DNA of 64,000 bases from Takakia lepidozioides (taxonomy: Eukaryota > Plantae > Bryophyta). Both the position numbers and the translations under genes were made by a program. Below are positions 50,301 through 63,774 of this stretch, one piece after another; position 1 is the stretch's first letter; each line of letters begins with the position of its first letter. The notes beneath the pieces are model-generated. The model saw nothing but the letters and a program-made list of their open reading frames with translations, had not been told where the DNA came from and did not search any database. The stretch spans positions 17,298,001 to 17,362,000 of the forward strand of contig CM060733.1 of NCBI GenBank assembly GCA_030704615.1. Reading direction: 5' to 3'.

Positions 50301-50659
50301 AGTGTGCGGTGCCGCACACTATCTGTCTCCCTTCAGAAAGTAGCAAATTTGGAGTGAAAGACAACCATTCAAATCATGCCGGCAGAATTCAAGCACCCTG
50401 AAATGGAAGCTGAAAACAGTGTGCGGTGCCGCACACTGTTTCTGCCCCTCCAAATTGCTTCGAAACGATGATCATAGATCAAGATTCAAACTATTGAGGA
50501 TGACATATGTGGAAGCAAAAAGCAGTGTGCGGTGCCGCACACTGTTTCTACATGTCGTCAAAGTTGTTTTCTTTGTGAGATGTAACCACCCACATCTGTT
50601 CCCCCAGACTTCAAACATTGCACAATGGAAGCACAAAACAGTGTGCGGCACTGCACACT
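50301..50659. repeat. Four spaced copies of a 20-bp palindrome AGTGTGCGG-TG-CCGCACACT
   Basis: Copies start at 50301, 50418, 50524 and 50640 (the last is slightly variant). Periods are 117, 106 and 116 bp. Confidence 0.9.
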
Positions 50660-50703
50660 GTTTGTGCCACCCCCGAAACAATCGTATCTGTTTTAACTGT
50701 AGC

Positions 50704-51090
50704 CACTACAACAGAGACTGTATATATGACTATCCCGTAGTCATAAATGATGCATATGACTTCAATGACTTTCAGTCGTGCAAACCAAGTGAATACAATG
50801 AGTATAGTATGGTCGGTCATGGATGACTGCAGTCAGATGAACCAAGTGATACATCTCACTGTCATGTGGCAGTCATATGTACTTCTACCATACATGACTA
50901 AGTGTGCTGCTGCAAACTATACACGTGTCTCTTTTTAATAAGTCCAGGAGGTTTTGTGGATGTGCGCCATATGACGTCTCCAGAAAATGTCACGTGGCAT
51001 ATCCATGAGGAGGTCCTACAGTCATTATCTTGACTACAAACATGCTAATATCTGGACACGTGACATATAATGAGGAGGTCTTGCAGTCAT
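50704..51090 (+). mobile_element. Probable left end of a second CACTA element
   Basis: CACTACAACAGA followed by dense ATGAC/GTCAT subterminal motifs. No matching right TIR found. Confidence 0.55.
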
Positions 51091-52559
51091 TGTCCTTCCC
51101 ATCGCCCTTTGGTGCTTGCTTGCCAGTGGGGTGGGGTCATGTGCCTGGAAGTGCGATTTGATTCTAATAAAGGGGAGAGCATAATCCCCATATCCAGGCA
51201 TGCTTGTCATTCCTGCCATTACACCATTCAATAGACATTAGTATACTCAACAGCATTCACCATGTGGAGTGGAACCCCAAATATTTTTTCATTCACAGAA
51301 GATGGGAAAGTTTGAAGATGGGAAAATTGGAGGAAGGAGTGATGCCAACGCACTGCCACAGCTTATGTTGTCCTACAGAGTCTCACATCCTCTAGTGGGA
51401 GGGTGCATGAGCAAACCTATTGTTTCTGATTACAGTGTACCTCCAATGAAGAGCGGACAGAGTGATGCCAAGAGAAAAAATCAACTAGACCTCATGTTGC
51501 TGAGAGGCATGATATGGAACGTCCTGTGCAATTCAGCAGTCATGTTAGCGATCCCTTAAAGATTTGAAGAGAATGCCAAGCCGCTCTGAGTAGCTTTGCA
51601 GCAGCTCCTCATAATGTGTACACACCTGCACCACAAGTTTTTGTCAGCAGTCACATAATGCCAGACTTGTGCAGCAAAGACTACAAGCGGGTGTGGGCTA
51701 TTGGGATTGCCTTGATAACATATCTTCTTGGGAGTACAGGAGTGAGATGAAGTGAGTAGAACATGCTTGCCTTGGTCTTGGCCTAAATTCAGTGCTCACC
51801 ACCATGGGATGAGTGAGATCTACTCATCTCCCTGTGTATGTTGACTATAACATACCCTTGAGAGCATTTGCAAGGGTAACTGTGTATAATGAACCAGATA
51901 TGTCACGGGTAGAGCCTGGTGTATACACTCTGCTACAAAAACCCAGTCCATTCGAGCACACTGTGATCCCCCATCTGGCCACAGATGTGACACCCAGTCA
52001 CAGTGAGTCCAGAAAAGGGTAAAGCAAGACATGAAACGAAATGGTACTTTATAACGTTAGCGTAAAGCTCAAAGACCTTAAGGGACAAGAGAAAGATAGA
52101 AAGAAGACGTAGAGAGGGACCATCACAAGCAGCCCAACTGTTGTTCAAGGGATTGTCTAAGAGTCCAAGCCTCATGCAGGTAAGCTGTCAAACAGTTCTG
52201 ATCCTCATAATGGAAGACCTCCATGAGATATTGGGTATCATGGGTAAGAGAATTGAATCTCCCACGGATCTCATAGTAGAAAGGGCAGTGAAAGCAGAAA
52301 TGTTCTTCACTTTCGTGTTCTCTGTTGTTCCCAGCTCAAGCGGTCTCTCGTTGCATGTTGTCCCACCTATCAGTCTCTATCCACAGTCCGACAATAATGT
52401 CAGCAAGTAGAAGCGCTGAGGACTGCTAAGGGTGCAGTGGTGACTTCAACGGTTGACATTGTCAAAACCTTTGAAACTCACCATAGTATCCTTGGCAGAA
52501 ATTGTAGTTCTAACAGTGAGGGGTCTTCTGATGAATGGAAGGACAGATGAAAAAACTGT

Positions 52560-54534
52560 TCCTATGATTCAAGGCAGCCCTGATGAACCGGAGTATATTT
52601 CAAAGGGTTAAAACGCTCCAATTAGTTCTTCTGAGATTGTGGAAGAAATTGAGCATTTCAACGGATATAAAGCTGGTGGACCTGATGGCATAGTCAACGA
52701 GCTTATCAAGCATGGTACAGCAGAGGCACTTGTACTTCTATTTACTCTTATCTGGAGGACTGAAATGATCCCCTTTCACTAGCAACAGGGGGTCATTGTC
52801 AATCTACACAAGAAAGGTGACAGAGAATTGTCAATGCAGTTGGCAGAGTTGTAAGTACTCGTCTTGAGGTTGATCTGGAGTCAAGAGGTTGTTTCCATGA
52901 AGGCCAAGCTGGCTTTTGGAGAAACAGGGGCCGTGTGGATCATATATTTACTCTAAGCCAGATTATCCAGGGAAGGAAAAAAGAAGGGAAACCCTTCTGT
53001 CATTTTCTTGGATGTCCAAAAGGCTTATGACACACAGTGTGGAGAAATGGTCTATGGCTCCGACTCTGGTCATCTGGGATCAAGGGAAAGAGGCGGAGAG
53101 CAGTCCCTAACTTGTATGCTCACACCAAAAGCTGTGTCACTGTTAAATGACAGAAGTCTAACTTCTTTGACATAGCTAAAGGCTGTACCCTCCCCACTCT
53201 GCTCTTCAATGTTTTCATCAATCAATTTCTCGAGGACGTGGAAAGTGAGGGATTTGGGTTAAGATGACTTCGCAGGCATAGGGGAGGCTCCACCCAATCT
53301 TCAGGAGTTGATTGATTGACCTTTGGGGGCTGACATTCAACAACAGAGGGCAGGGAGGAGGTGATCTCAAGTGGCAGTGGGGAAGCCAAGAGATTCCTGT
53401 CCTCCCTTCCTACACATACCTTGGCATTGGTTTTCCTTCAACTGTAGTTGGGATGCGCACATCGCAAGTGCAAAGCGTTGGGTCTCACTAAGTTTTTCGA
53501 CTGCAGAGGGCCCAACTCTGAAGTTAAAATGTATATGCTTTGCCACGTTATTAGGCCTCCCTTGGAGTACACATCTGCAGTGTGGGTTGATAACTCCAAC
53601 CAGGCTAAGTCTCTAGAATCCATTCAAGTGGGGGTGCTCAAGGAGTGCATGTCAGCATGTTCCAAAACAGTAATGTGGCTGTTCGGGGTGAGTTTGGGAT
53701 CCCTCCCTTAAGCTCCCGACAGATGAATTCAAGGTCAGATGGTGGGATCAGCTGCAACGTGTGACTAATATCAGATATCCTAAATTAATCGACTCTATAT
53801 CTTGGAAGCAGGATTGCCCTGTCAAACAGGCTAAGTCCTGGCGGAAGAGGGTAGAAGAGATTTTCAAGGATCTGAATCTCAGCCCGCAAGTCTTGATTCT
53901 GCTGGATAAATCTGACTTAGAGGCTAGTGTCCAAAGCCACGGCTGTCGCCAGGAGATTGTCTGACCAAAATGAAGGTAGGCAGAAAACTTCCCTGAACTT
54001 ATTTCCCAGTCTATGACATGGGGGAGGCCAACATGGATTACCTCAAGGTTTACCCACTCACGGCACTAGACTGAAATTTAAACTCAGGGCGGGGAGCCTA
54101 CCTTTGAACAGCAAACAGATGCAGAGAGGAAAGGGGGATTGCAAATTGCAAATGCCCGTTGTGTGGGCAATGTGAAGACAATATTCATTTTCTGATTCAT
54201 TGTCCTGGGGACTCTCACCGTAGAGATGCCCTCTTCAAATCCATCAAGGGATTTGTTCCTGTACCTCTCAACTTTGCAAATCTCGAGGCTGAACCGAAGC
54301 CCAGGCCCTTTTGGGGCCTAGTATTGGGCAAATCACACACAGCAGATTGATGCTTGTGTAAAGGGATTTCTAGAGGGTATCTGGAAAACTCGGATCAACT
54401 GTCTGTTCCAAGGTAAGTCATACTACCGGCGTCAGCCCCTGACAAAGGTAGTTTCTGTCCGTTTGTGTTCCGCTCAAACTGGGTGTGGGGTCAATGGTCA
54501 CAAGGCTGCGGCAAACGCCTTATGAGTACATTCT
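52560..54534 (+). mobile_element. Degenerate non-LTR retrotransposon (LINE): RT plus C-terminal zinc finger
   Basis: Fragments KAGGPDGIVNELIK, IVNLHKKGD, DHIFTL, FLDVQKAYD, LLFNVFI, IRPPLEYTSAVW and CPLCGQCEDNIHFLIHCP. Many stops and frameshifts. 3' end ..ATGAGTACATTCT with no poly(A). An extra tail copy lies at about 54565-54637. Confidence 0.85.
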
Positions 54535-55310
54535 ATCCACAGTCTGTGGTAGTGCCTATTCCCTATGTTTCCGTCCAAACTGAGCACAGCGTCTATGGCC
54601 ACAAGGCTAAGGCAAATGAAGTCTTACAAGTACAATCTATCCACAGACTGTGGGAGCCCACCTTGACCCTCCCAATGCCCTTAGAAGAGAGGGAGAGAGA
54701 GCTGCAGACAGGTAATTGGGCCGCAAGATTAATCTTCACAGAGGACCAAGAATGTCTCCAGATAGAACTGCAGTTATGTTGTGAGGTTAGCTAGCAGGTT
54801 TAAACGTCTGCCTGATGTGAAGTTGCATAAGTTCTATCTACTGCAATCCTGTTTGGATGCATCCCGTCTGTATTTTGTGGCAGTAGGGAGCAATGGAGAG
54901 TCCATCGTGCTCAGAAAAGTTGGACAGCATACCAGGAGGTCTCTTCAGCCCAGCAGTTTTGAAAGAGAGAAAGTTTGTATTGCAAGCTAAGAGGTTATGG
55001 GATAAGAAAAGTAAAAATAAGAAAAGTGGGGCCTCCAATAACCAGCCACTACAACAAGAAACCTACAATTCAAGTTCGAAAAGAGTCTCTAAGGTGGAGA
55101 ACCCCATGCAGATATGCCACAAGGCATCCCTGACCCTCATAATGGAAAACCTCTGTCAGGGATATGCTGTCTCTATAGGAAAAAGTAGCGGCCTGGATTT
55201 GCAGTAGAGAGGACACGGAAAGAAGGAAGGTCTCAGTTGCCAGCCCATCTTGTCTAGTGCAATCAGGACAAAGGGGTTCGGCACAGTGCAGCTTATCCCA
55301 TCTGGTAAGA

Positions 55311-55510
55311 ATGTACTCATAAGACGTTGTTTGCCGTAGCCTTGTGGCCATTGACCCCACGCCCAATCTGAGCAGAGCACGAATGGACAGAAACTACCTT
55401 TGTGAGGGGCTGACACGTAGGATGACTTACCTTGGAACAGACATTTGATCTGAGTTTTCCAGATATCCTCTAGAAATTCACACAAGCATCAATCTGCTGT
55501 GTGTGACTTG
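55311..55510 (-). mobile_element. 5'-truncated copy of the same LINE 3' end with 14-bp TSD
   Basis: Reverse complement of about 54325-54534, flanked by CCCATCTGGTAAGA at 55297-55310 and 55511-55524. Confidence 0.9.
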
Positions 55511-56410
55511 CCCATCTGGTAAGAGACGGAGAGACAGGTGCAAGCAAGTAATTTGGGCTGTAAGATACCATCCTTGTGGAGGAGGAAGGTGAGGGATGTA
55601 GCTTCCAGGTCGCCTGGCAGTAGGAATGCTGCAGAGAGGCTGTGTTGTTCAAAGGAAGTGGAAATGCGGCTATACCGAGATTCCCTTTCAACACTTGCTA
55701 TGGGCCTTACAGAAGTCAGTAGGGCACGGACTGGTAACCGCTGCGGGCACGAGGAGAGATTCTAAAAGCATCAAAAAGATTGTTGGGCTAATATGGCCTC
55801 CAATGATGCAGGTGTGCAGACACATTTAGCTTACAACATCTCAAAGGGTGTTATAGAGGCTTTAGATCCATCCCACCAAGAAACATGGGCCAAGGAGCCC
55901 CGAAATAGAAGAAGAAGAAGAAGCACTATGTGCAAAGACGGAGGGCTTTGGAAACCTATCAAGTTTTTTCTTCCAACCTGAATGCCTCTGCCAGCCATGA
56001 GCAGTTGTGCAAGAGACAATAGTAGGAATCTTTAAGGAGAAAAGGAACAGTACTCCATTTACTGGGGTATGCCGGGCACGGGGCACATTCTATTCTTGCA
56101 TTGTGCTGGCTTGCACCTTTTCTCCCTACTTGTGGGGTTGCTATTTCCTGGAAGGTGGTAGCCCCTGGTTTGCTTACACTTGCTGTGTTTCTCTGCTGCT
56201 GGCCCTGCCATGGTCAGCTTGCCCAGATTGTTGTCAAATTTTGGTTTATGCAGTTGACTATCTGCTCTTTGCATAAAAAAAGGAGGAAAGAAAGAAGACA
56301 TTAAAGCAAGGAATGAGAGAACACAAGAGAGATATATGCCGTCCACAGGACGCCCAGACATAGAGAGAGAGATGCTTCAATCTTTTGGGGGAGGGGAGCA
56401 AGGTGTGCAA

Positions 56411-59400
56411 TCATTCATGGTGGGGAGCTTGTAATATTGCCTTGGAAAGTTCCTGGTACTCCAATTTGAGGTCTTTGATCTCTTCAAAGTACACTGGATC
56501 AAATGCTTCCAGCTCTGCTTTCAACCGTGTGTTCTCTTCTCGCATCAGTGCCAGATCCGCCTCCAGCATTTTGCACTTATCTTCTAGTGACTGCCTGCGA
56601 GTGTTGCTGAATGATGGGTCCTTCTGACTAATTAGTAGCTGCTGTGTTTCCACTCCTCTCTGGTCCTCCTCGGGGTCTTTCACAGCATCTCTGATGGCGA
56701 GCTGCCCATGCAAATAGTCAAGTTCATCCTCATGCCTCTCTAGCTGCAACTTCAGATTGTTGAGAGCTTGCACTTTTAAAGCCAATTCCTTTTGTAGTTG
56801 TGCTATCTCCAGTGCCTGCACATCCAGCTTCTTCTCCGTCCCTATGTTGGAGAGCTCCTTTCCCGTGTCGCGCTGGTCGTTCTCATTGAAGGAACATCTC
56901 TTTTGTAGCAAACTCATGCCTGCATTTTCCTTCACTGCTTCATGCAGCTGCACCTTGCAAGCCAAGACATCATCTAGTCAGACATGCTCTGTGTTGTATT
57001 GTCAAGACACACAAACAAAATACATGTAAAATGGTGACAACCATCTCCATTGCTACCCTCCACTTACAATAATATAGAATTGGGGTCATCCGTAAATTGA
57101 TGGAGAGATATAGCAAGAGAGTAAACTAATGAGCAGTAACACCAAAACTAGCCAGAGCTTTGGAACAGGAAGAAATGAGTAAAGAGGAACAAACCTTATG
57201 CTGCAAGTTGGCATGAGATCTGTCTGTTTCGCTGAGTGCATGTATTAAACCCATATTAGCCTGAGTCAGCCTTTCCAAGTCCATTGTCAAATCTGCATCT
57301 CAGATATATTGAGCATTACTCAACAAAGAAGTTCAAAAAGATTTCCAATACTTGTTAGCAGGTTGCATGCTAGATGCCCACACATTATTAGCATGACTGA
57401 GCACAGACTATCCATTCCCAAGGCCATCAATGCATGAACTGGCTGGCATTGGGCAGAGATACGTTTATCTACTGCCATCTGAACTTCACCCATTTAGTAG
57501 GCTACCATCACGGAAGTCAAGAAATGGTGCACATAGTACAAGGGTACAGCCTTGCAAGTCTAGGTTGCAAGAAGCAAACGAAGAAACCAAATGAGGTGAA
57601 AGAAAGGCACCTGCTATGATTTCATCTTGCGAGTGTGTGGGCTTGCAGCACCTGTCCTTGCCAAGTTGGGATTGAAGGTCTTCCAGCTTCTGACGTAGTT
57701 CCTTGTTGTTCTCCATATGGTGAATGGTGTTATGGCATGCTTGCTTTAATCGCTCATTCTCAACCCGTTGCTTCTCCACCACTCTCAAGAGTGCTTCCAC
57801 CAACCCCTCCAGCTCCTTCTCCCTTGAGACTGTCCCTGCCTTAAGCCCTTTCAAATCTCTCATCAAACACAATGCATTCGGTTCTGAGACTAGTAGCTTC
57901 CTGCCAGCAAATGCATGTGGGGGAGTTGCATCTGGAATGAAATAGTCACAGGTGTGCTTCTTGTATGAGTGGTCATCCAATTGTGCTCCAAACAGAATCT
58001 CAAAGCGTCGTTCCAGTTGTCCAAGTTTCCACCGAGCCTGGTCGCGCTCAAATTTCAGCTCCAGAATTACTGACTCCTTTTCTATAAGCTCAGAATCCAG
58101 CTGTTTATCTGCACTGTCGTGAATGGTACAATCTGGGTCTTCTCTCCCTAATTCGAAACAAAAACGTTTCAGCTCCTTCACCTGATCCATTTGCACACCA
58201 CAATGATGTGATGAACACTCCATAGCAGTGCTAAATCCTACTTACTGGCCAGATTCTGCCTCTGGTAATGGTTCACCTCCAGCACGTGATTAGCGGGCTA
58301 AGTGCTCTCTACCTCTTTGCCATCAACATTGTTCGACACATGGGCACACATCTGGATGGAGGTCATGGTAGGGCCAGCACCCCAAAATCAAGTATCACCT
58401 GACTTCAAAAGATAGTGGTAACAATAATGCTGGATCACCTGCTTTTCCAGTTTCTTGATGGTAGCCAGGTTGTCAACCATGGCGGTGTGGCGAAGTGTGG
58501 TATTATCAGTCTCAACCTGTTGTAGGGCTTCAAGCAGTTCCTTAATCTTCACACAGTCAGCACTTGGGCCGTGATCCTTGCGACGCTCTGTGGCCTTCCG
58601 TTTCTTCTCCGCCGAGCGCCTGCTCTGCAAAGCCTCATCCTTCAAACGCTGGATCCTTGCCTCACAATGGAGTCGGCTCTCTTCACTTGCCTTCAGCTCC
58701 TGCCTGTACTGCCGCAACTTCTTGTGCAGGGCATACACCTTCTTCATCAGCGTCTCGTGTGTCTCCACTTTCTTCATCAGCGTCTCATGTCTCTCCTCAT
58801 TCTTCATCACATCCAAGTCCTTACCTACATCAAGTGAATGTTCTGTCCTTTAGAGCATTTTGCACATGACTGTTTGAAAAGGATGGGATATCCCCCTGTA
58901 CTGGCCAGCAAGGTTGCCAGGCAAGAACTTGTTAGTGGCGACCTCCCATGACATCCTGCCACAGTCCAATCAATGATTACCCACAGATTAAGCCCTACAA
59001 TGGATCAAAAGAAAGACACCGACCTCCACTTGCATTGCCATGGATAAGTCCGCAAGTGCCCTCCATTGTATCCCACTCAGGAGTGTGTCTCAATATTGTC
59101 ACTTCACCTTCTTCAAGGTCAGCCTGTGCACTCCAAGCCTTGACAGTACTTTTAAGTCTTTCTGTGTCAAGAGGATTTTCATACATCTGGGTTGTCAGGA
59201 ATTCCTTCTCTTTTTTGCGGTATCTAGCCAGCTGCACTGCCATCTTGTGTGCTCTGTCCCGCTCCCTCCCCACCTCCTCTTGCAACACTTTGACCTGAAA
59301 TGGGGAGTGCGGCACTAGCCGGATGTGTAGTAAGCCTTATGTTTAGTTAGTGGGCATTACAGTCCATACCGGCCTACTCAATAAATCTGCAATCAGACTG

Positions 59401-61850
59401 ATGTTGCCTGTGTTACTGAATCCCTGTACACGTTGTGGGTAGGACCTCCGATCTTGATCTGCAAGAATGAACCCTGTGGCTCCGATGGTCATAAGACCAC
59501 ATAATCTAAAGCTCTGCAGGGATCTCCAAAGGCATACTCACGGGAAAGAGGACCTTATTACCCACTTTGTATAACAAAACAGGAAGTTTGCAAGCGATCT
59601 GTGCCATGCCACACCTCACAAGCGAGGATGCAATTCACCTGAGAGAAACACAAGTAAGGGGAGATACCTCTTGGCTATTGACAAGGTCAGCCAAGTGGGA
59701 GCGAGCAGATGAATCCTTTGTATGACGCAGGTGCTGTGTGAGGGTCGCAACCTGGGCCTGCAATTGGGTTGCTTGTGCACGTGCCTTCGCGTACTCACAG
59801 CTGCAAATCTCTCGAGCTTCCTTCCTCTCTATGCTGTTCTGCTGTGCCTCCATCAACTTCACCTCCAGCAGCTTGGTCTCCTCTCGCACCTGCTTCAGCT
59901 TTGCATCCTTGCTTCCTATCCCACCATCCCATTGTCACCCTCTCAACCGAGGTTTTTCTGCTGCTAAGAGCCAGGAAGCCCCAAATATCTAAAATGCAAC
60001 CATCCATAGCGACTAATTTTTGAGCTTCAGTCAACCTGAGAGTTAGTGGCTGCAAGAAATGATACTCTTACATAGTGCACTACTTGCATCTTGAGAATCA
60101 GATATGAAGGGCTAAAAATGAAGAGTTGCAGGCAAAGGCAAACCTTACTAATTTGGCTCTGAAGCCTCTCCAGTTCTGTGCGCCGTGTCTGTTGTTCATT
60201 TGGCTTCTCTTGTTGCATTTCCTGCTGTGCCATGCACCTGTCTGAATATTCTAGAGCTGGCCAGTCCATCGTTTATAACACAAGACTATAAGCATAATAT
60301 AAAGAATCTAGATGTTATGCATCTAACAGCCAAGTGAGATGGAATTTCAAAACACCGGACTTGGCCTTAGGCTGTGCATGCATTTGCGATGCTTGTCCAT
60401 TCATGTACAGCCAACATGGCACCCTCCCTTGAGCTTAAAAATGTGCAATTAAATGAGATGGATACATCAAACCACAACAGCTTACCTCTAGAATCCTGGA
60501 GATATGGAGTTCATGTTGTAGCTTCTCTTCTTCCATATGGACCTCAAGTTCTTGGCACCTAGAACATGTTAAAATAAGACGATGGGCAGCAAAGATTTAT
60601 TGAAGGCGACTGGGAGGACCTCCAACTTGTACCCAATTCCCTTAGTAGATTGCCATGATGAATTCAGCCAGGGCCATAATCTTCCATCCTTTCTAGCACT
60701 GGAGAACTCAAGATGCCACACAAAAAGAGGATTTAAGAATCTTACCGGTTAATGTACAGGTCCAGGCTTCTGCGAACAGCTACAATGTCCTGTTCGTGGT
60801 GTGTTTGCAGGCCTTGCAGCTGCTCATCAAACAGCCTAGCCAATGATCCTGCCAGTCCCTGCCCTGCCTCTGCTTTCTGCCTCCCCAAGTCCTACCCCAC
60901 CCCACCGTGATATGCCCTCATTTGATGAAACCACAGGAAACCAAACACCACCAAAGAAGGAGAGGAAAGGTCAAAATACCTGGAGGGCACGGTGCATGTC
61001 TTGGAGGCTGCGATTGGCATGCGCAAATAGCACAGCATGTAGCGCTTCCAGCTGCGCCTGGTCATGTGCCTGCTGCTCCAGGGCAGCCTGGTAGGCCGCC
61101 GAGATTGCACTTTGCAGCGTCACTATCACTTCCTCCTTCTCTCTCACCACCATCTGTAGCCTCCGTATGGTCGACTGCGCCACTGTGGCCACCTGCTTCA
61201 CCCACCAGTAGTTAAGGAGCATTAGACCTCGCAAACAGGCGAGCGCGCTCGCCTTCCCCACAAGGACACTGACCGTATCCCTTCTTGGTTTCCTCTATGA
61301 CTGTGGATGACTGCAAAATCCTTGCTCAGCTGTTCAACAAGTCGAAACCGTGCTGTCTTTCCACAAAGAGTCTGATAGGTTTAGTGGCGTGTACAAGAAG
61401 AGGTTCATGTCTGCACTGCAACATTGTGGAGTGGAGGAAGACATGCCTGCTGTACCGCATTGTCCTCATCCTCGTCTGCACCTTTCACGTTCTTTGTGCT
61501 TGCAGAGGACTCTCCTACATCCTCATGCTGTGATCCCAAATTTGCCATTCTAGCCTCAGGCATCCCCTTTCAGACTCATTTATTCTTGAGCACCCATTTT
61601 ATCTCCATTACTCGTGAAATAAACGTAGTTCCGAGTATAGCCGCTGCGAGGGGGAAGTGAACATGGAGCTATCGTGTTTCATTTCAAGTTTTGAAGAAGA
61701 TCACAGAGTGATCCATTAATATTTGAACTTTGGAATGCCGCAATTTGTTCTTGATGTGTATGCCGTGCAAGTACCCTTCTTTGTCTTTCACTATCACAAT
61801 GGCTCCCCGAATCTATGCTTCTCCTGCACGATGCATCCTCGCAAGACTTT
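56411..61850 (-). CDS. CEP290: CEP290-like ciliary transition-zone coiled-coil protein, multi-exon, 5' end uncertain
   Basis: C-terminus LKAELEAFDPVYFEEIKDLKLEY matches the remembered CEP290 terminal motif (L..ELENFDPSFFEEIEDLK..Y). Exon about 60980-61200 (AQSTIRRLQ..EKEEVI..LH..L..HA..SL) matches a mid/C-terminal CEP290 segment. Further coiled-coil exons lie at about 60745-60900, 60486-60559, 60144-60240, 59668-59900, 59020-59295, 58438-58825, 57612-58195, 57195-57295 and 56411-56955. Confidence 0.8.
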
Positions 61851-62680
61851 CTACACATTCTGTTTCTCTCCCCCGTTGTCGACATAAAAAAATTCCTGAG
61901 ACATAATCCAAAAGGATCCATTACCATAACTCTCTCATACGGTCTTACAGGGCAGCTTTTCTTCCACTCTCATCTGCCAGACAGTAGGTTGACCTTGATG
62001 GATTGTGAAAGGCAGAGAAGAAACGCAATGGAACAGTAGAAGCAGCGGGGGTTTACTATAACTAGCTCTCTGCTACTGCCTACACACGCTCAGTTAGGCA
62101 CTAACCTATTCTGTTATTTTAGGTTCGAATCATTCCGAACCTATCCTTTAACAGCAGGTTCGAATCCATGGCGGACAGGTCGGGACGCCGTCATCAACGT
62201 CTCCTCCTCCCAACTCCCAGAGCTGTCTGTGCATGGAGTTGAGAACTGAGAAGCCCAGGTCTATATATTCCCTTCTATCTGTCCTGCTTCGTTCCATAAC
62301 TACTCTCATCAGTGCAGTAGTGCATGTGTTTTATGTTGCAGGCCAGTTGCCAAACAAGAGAAGCAGGGAGGTGTGTATATGCACATAGCCAGAGTCTGCA
62401 AGGTGAGATGCCCCTTTGTTGTTCAGTATGGATCCCGAGTTCCATGGTCATATATATATACCCAGTGGTTTCTGTGCAAGCACATTACAGTAGGTTTCCG
62501 TTCAGGGTCCAGTGCTGGGAACCTGTAGAAGCATGCGTGAAGGAGTGCGAGTGAGTACCAGCAAGAGCGAATTTTCAACCCGAGGCACAATCTTGTGCAC
62601 GGGTTAGTTGAATTATGTAAATTTTACAACTACAACTGGTCAAACATAGGGTTGTCTTATCGTTCTACTCTGATGCGCTT

Positions 62681-63774
62681 CTAAGATGGATTCACTTGAT
62701 GACAATTGGTTCGAATTTGGCCTGCACTCCCCGTCAAAACATTGGCTGATGTGAGCTTCAGAAAGGCTGATGTAAAGGTATCAAAAAACAATTGCTGGCT
62801 GCCTGCGAATTCAGCAACAATGGGCATTGTCCTGGGATCCAGAGCCAGCTCGGAGTCGATGGTGAAGAGGCCGCGCCCATTGAGCAGGTCCTTGAAATAC
62901 CGGTTATCGAATAGAACGTTCGTCGAGTCGATTGGAATGAATGTAATGTTAGTGAATGGCACCCGCGTGGGGCAAGCAGCACGCAGCTGTAAAGAGAACG
63001 GCAACTTTAGATTTGGATCCTGCTGTGGATACAACCGATTGTTCACGTTGACGCAATGCCCTACTCCCAATGTATGGGCACCTGCATCACCAACAGCCAC
63101 TCTCTCAGCTTTCTTTCTCACTCTGTCTGAAGTCTACAGTTTACTCTCCTTCAATGCGCTCGCTTTCAAGTATGAGATGCCTGGCAGCTACCTCCTCCCT
63201 GTGCATGACTCAATCACGATCCCCATCTGTCTTTTACTCTCAGTACGAAGCCACATAACCTGTGGTTGATTAGGCAAGGTCTAAATAACACATGTGCAGG
63301 ATGTTCCAATTTAACTGAAGATTCGTCTTGACTGATGTGTACTGTAATCTCCTTTAAAACCAAAAAACAATCCACTCCATATAAGGGACATCCAGGTATA
63401 GATAAATTGTGGCACGAACCCATAATTGCGACGCTTTCCTGCAGGTTCATGCCAAAGGATTGGAAGACGCTGAGAAATCCGTCCACACTGACTGTGGCCG
63501 GTGGAAGCTGCGAGTCAGCTTTTAAGTTGCTTGCAGACACAGCATCCCGGCGCCCTAAGAGAATGGGAATAGAAGGGCCACCTGAGATGGACACCACATC
63601 CCTTCCTACCATGGCAATGACGTCTGCACAAGATACGGTATTGGGACACACCCTATCCAAAGCTGCCTTCACACGGTCGATCAAATCCAGTCGCCGTATA
63701 CCGAAATTTCTACCGGACACCATTTCGCTTGTTATGGCGCCGTTTGAGTCTAGCAGTATTGAAGCATCACAAGC
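62681..63774 (-). CDS. Class III secretory peroxidase, exons 63420-63774 and 62681-63081; first exon outside the window
   Basis: ACDASILL, CPNTVSCAD, LGRRD, GAHTLGVGHC (proximal His), FDNRYF, GLFTID.EL and GQIRTNC. GT-AG intron at 63082-63419. Confidence 0.95.

Noticed and set aside
50301-50659. CRISPR array
   Set aside because: Spacers are about 90 bp and mutually related, there are no cas genes, and the context is eukaryotic.
49578-52410. Possible exons of an additional gene (charged ORF 49578-50030, fragments 51470-52020)
   Set aside because: No recognisable homology or consistent exon chain, and flanked by TE termini, so left uncalled.
52604-52610. GGGTTAA as the second piggyBac end
   Set aside because: It lies inside LINE coding sequence and does not mirror the 42888 terminus beyond CCC.
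62085-62170. tRNA-like A/B boxes (GCTCAGTTAGG, two GGTTCGAATC) and a short hairpin
   Set aside because: No cloverleaf could be built. At most a decayed tRNA or SINE relic.
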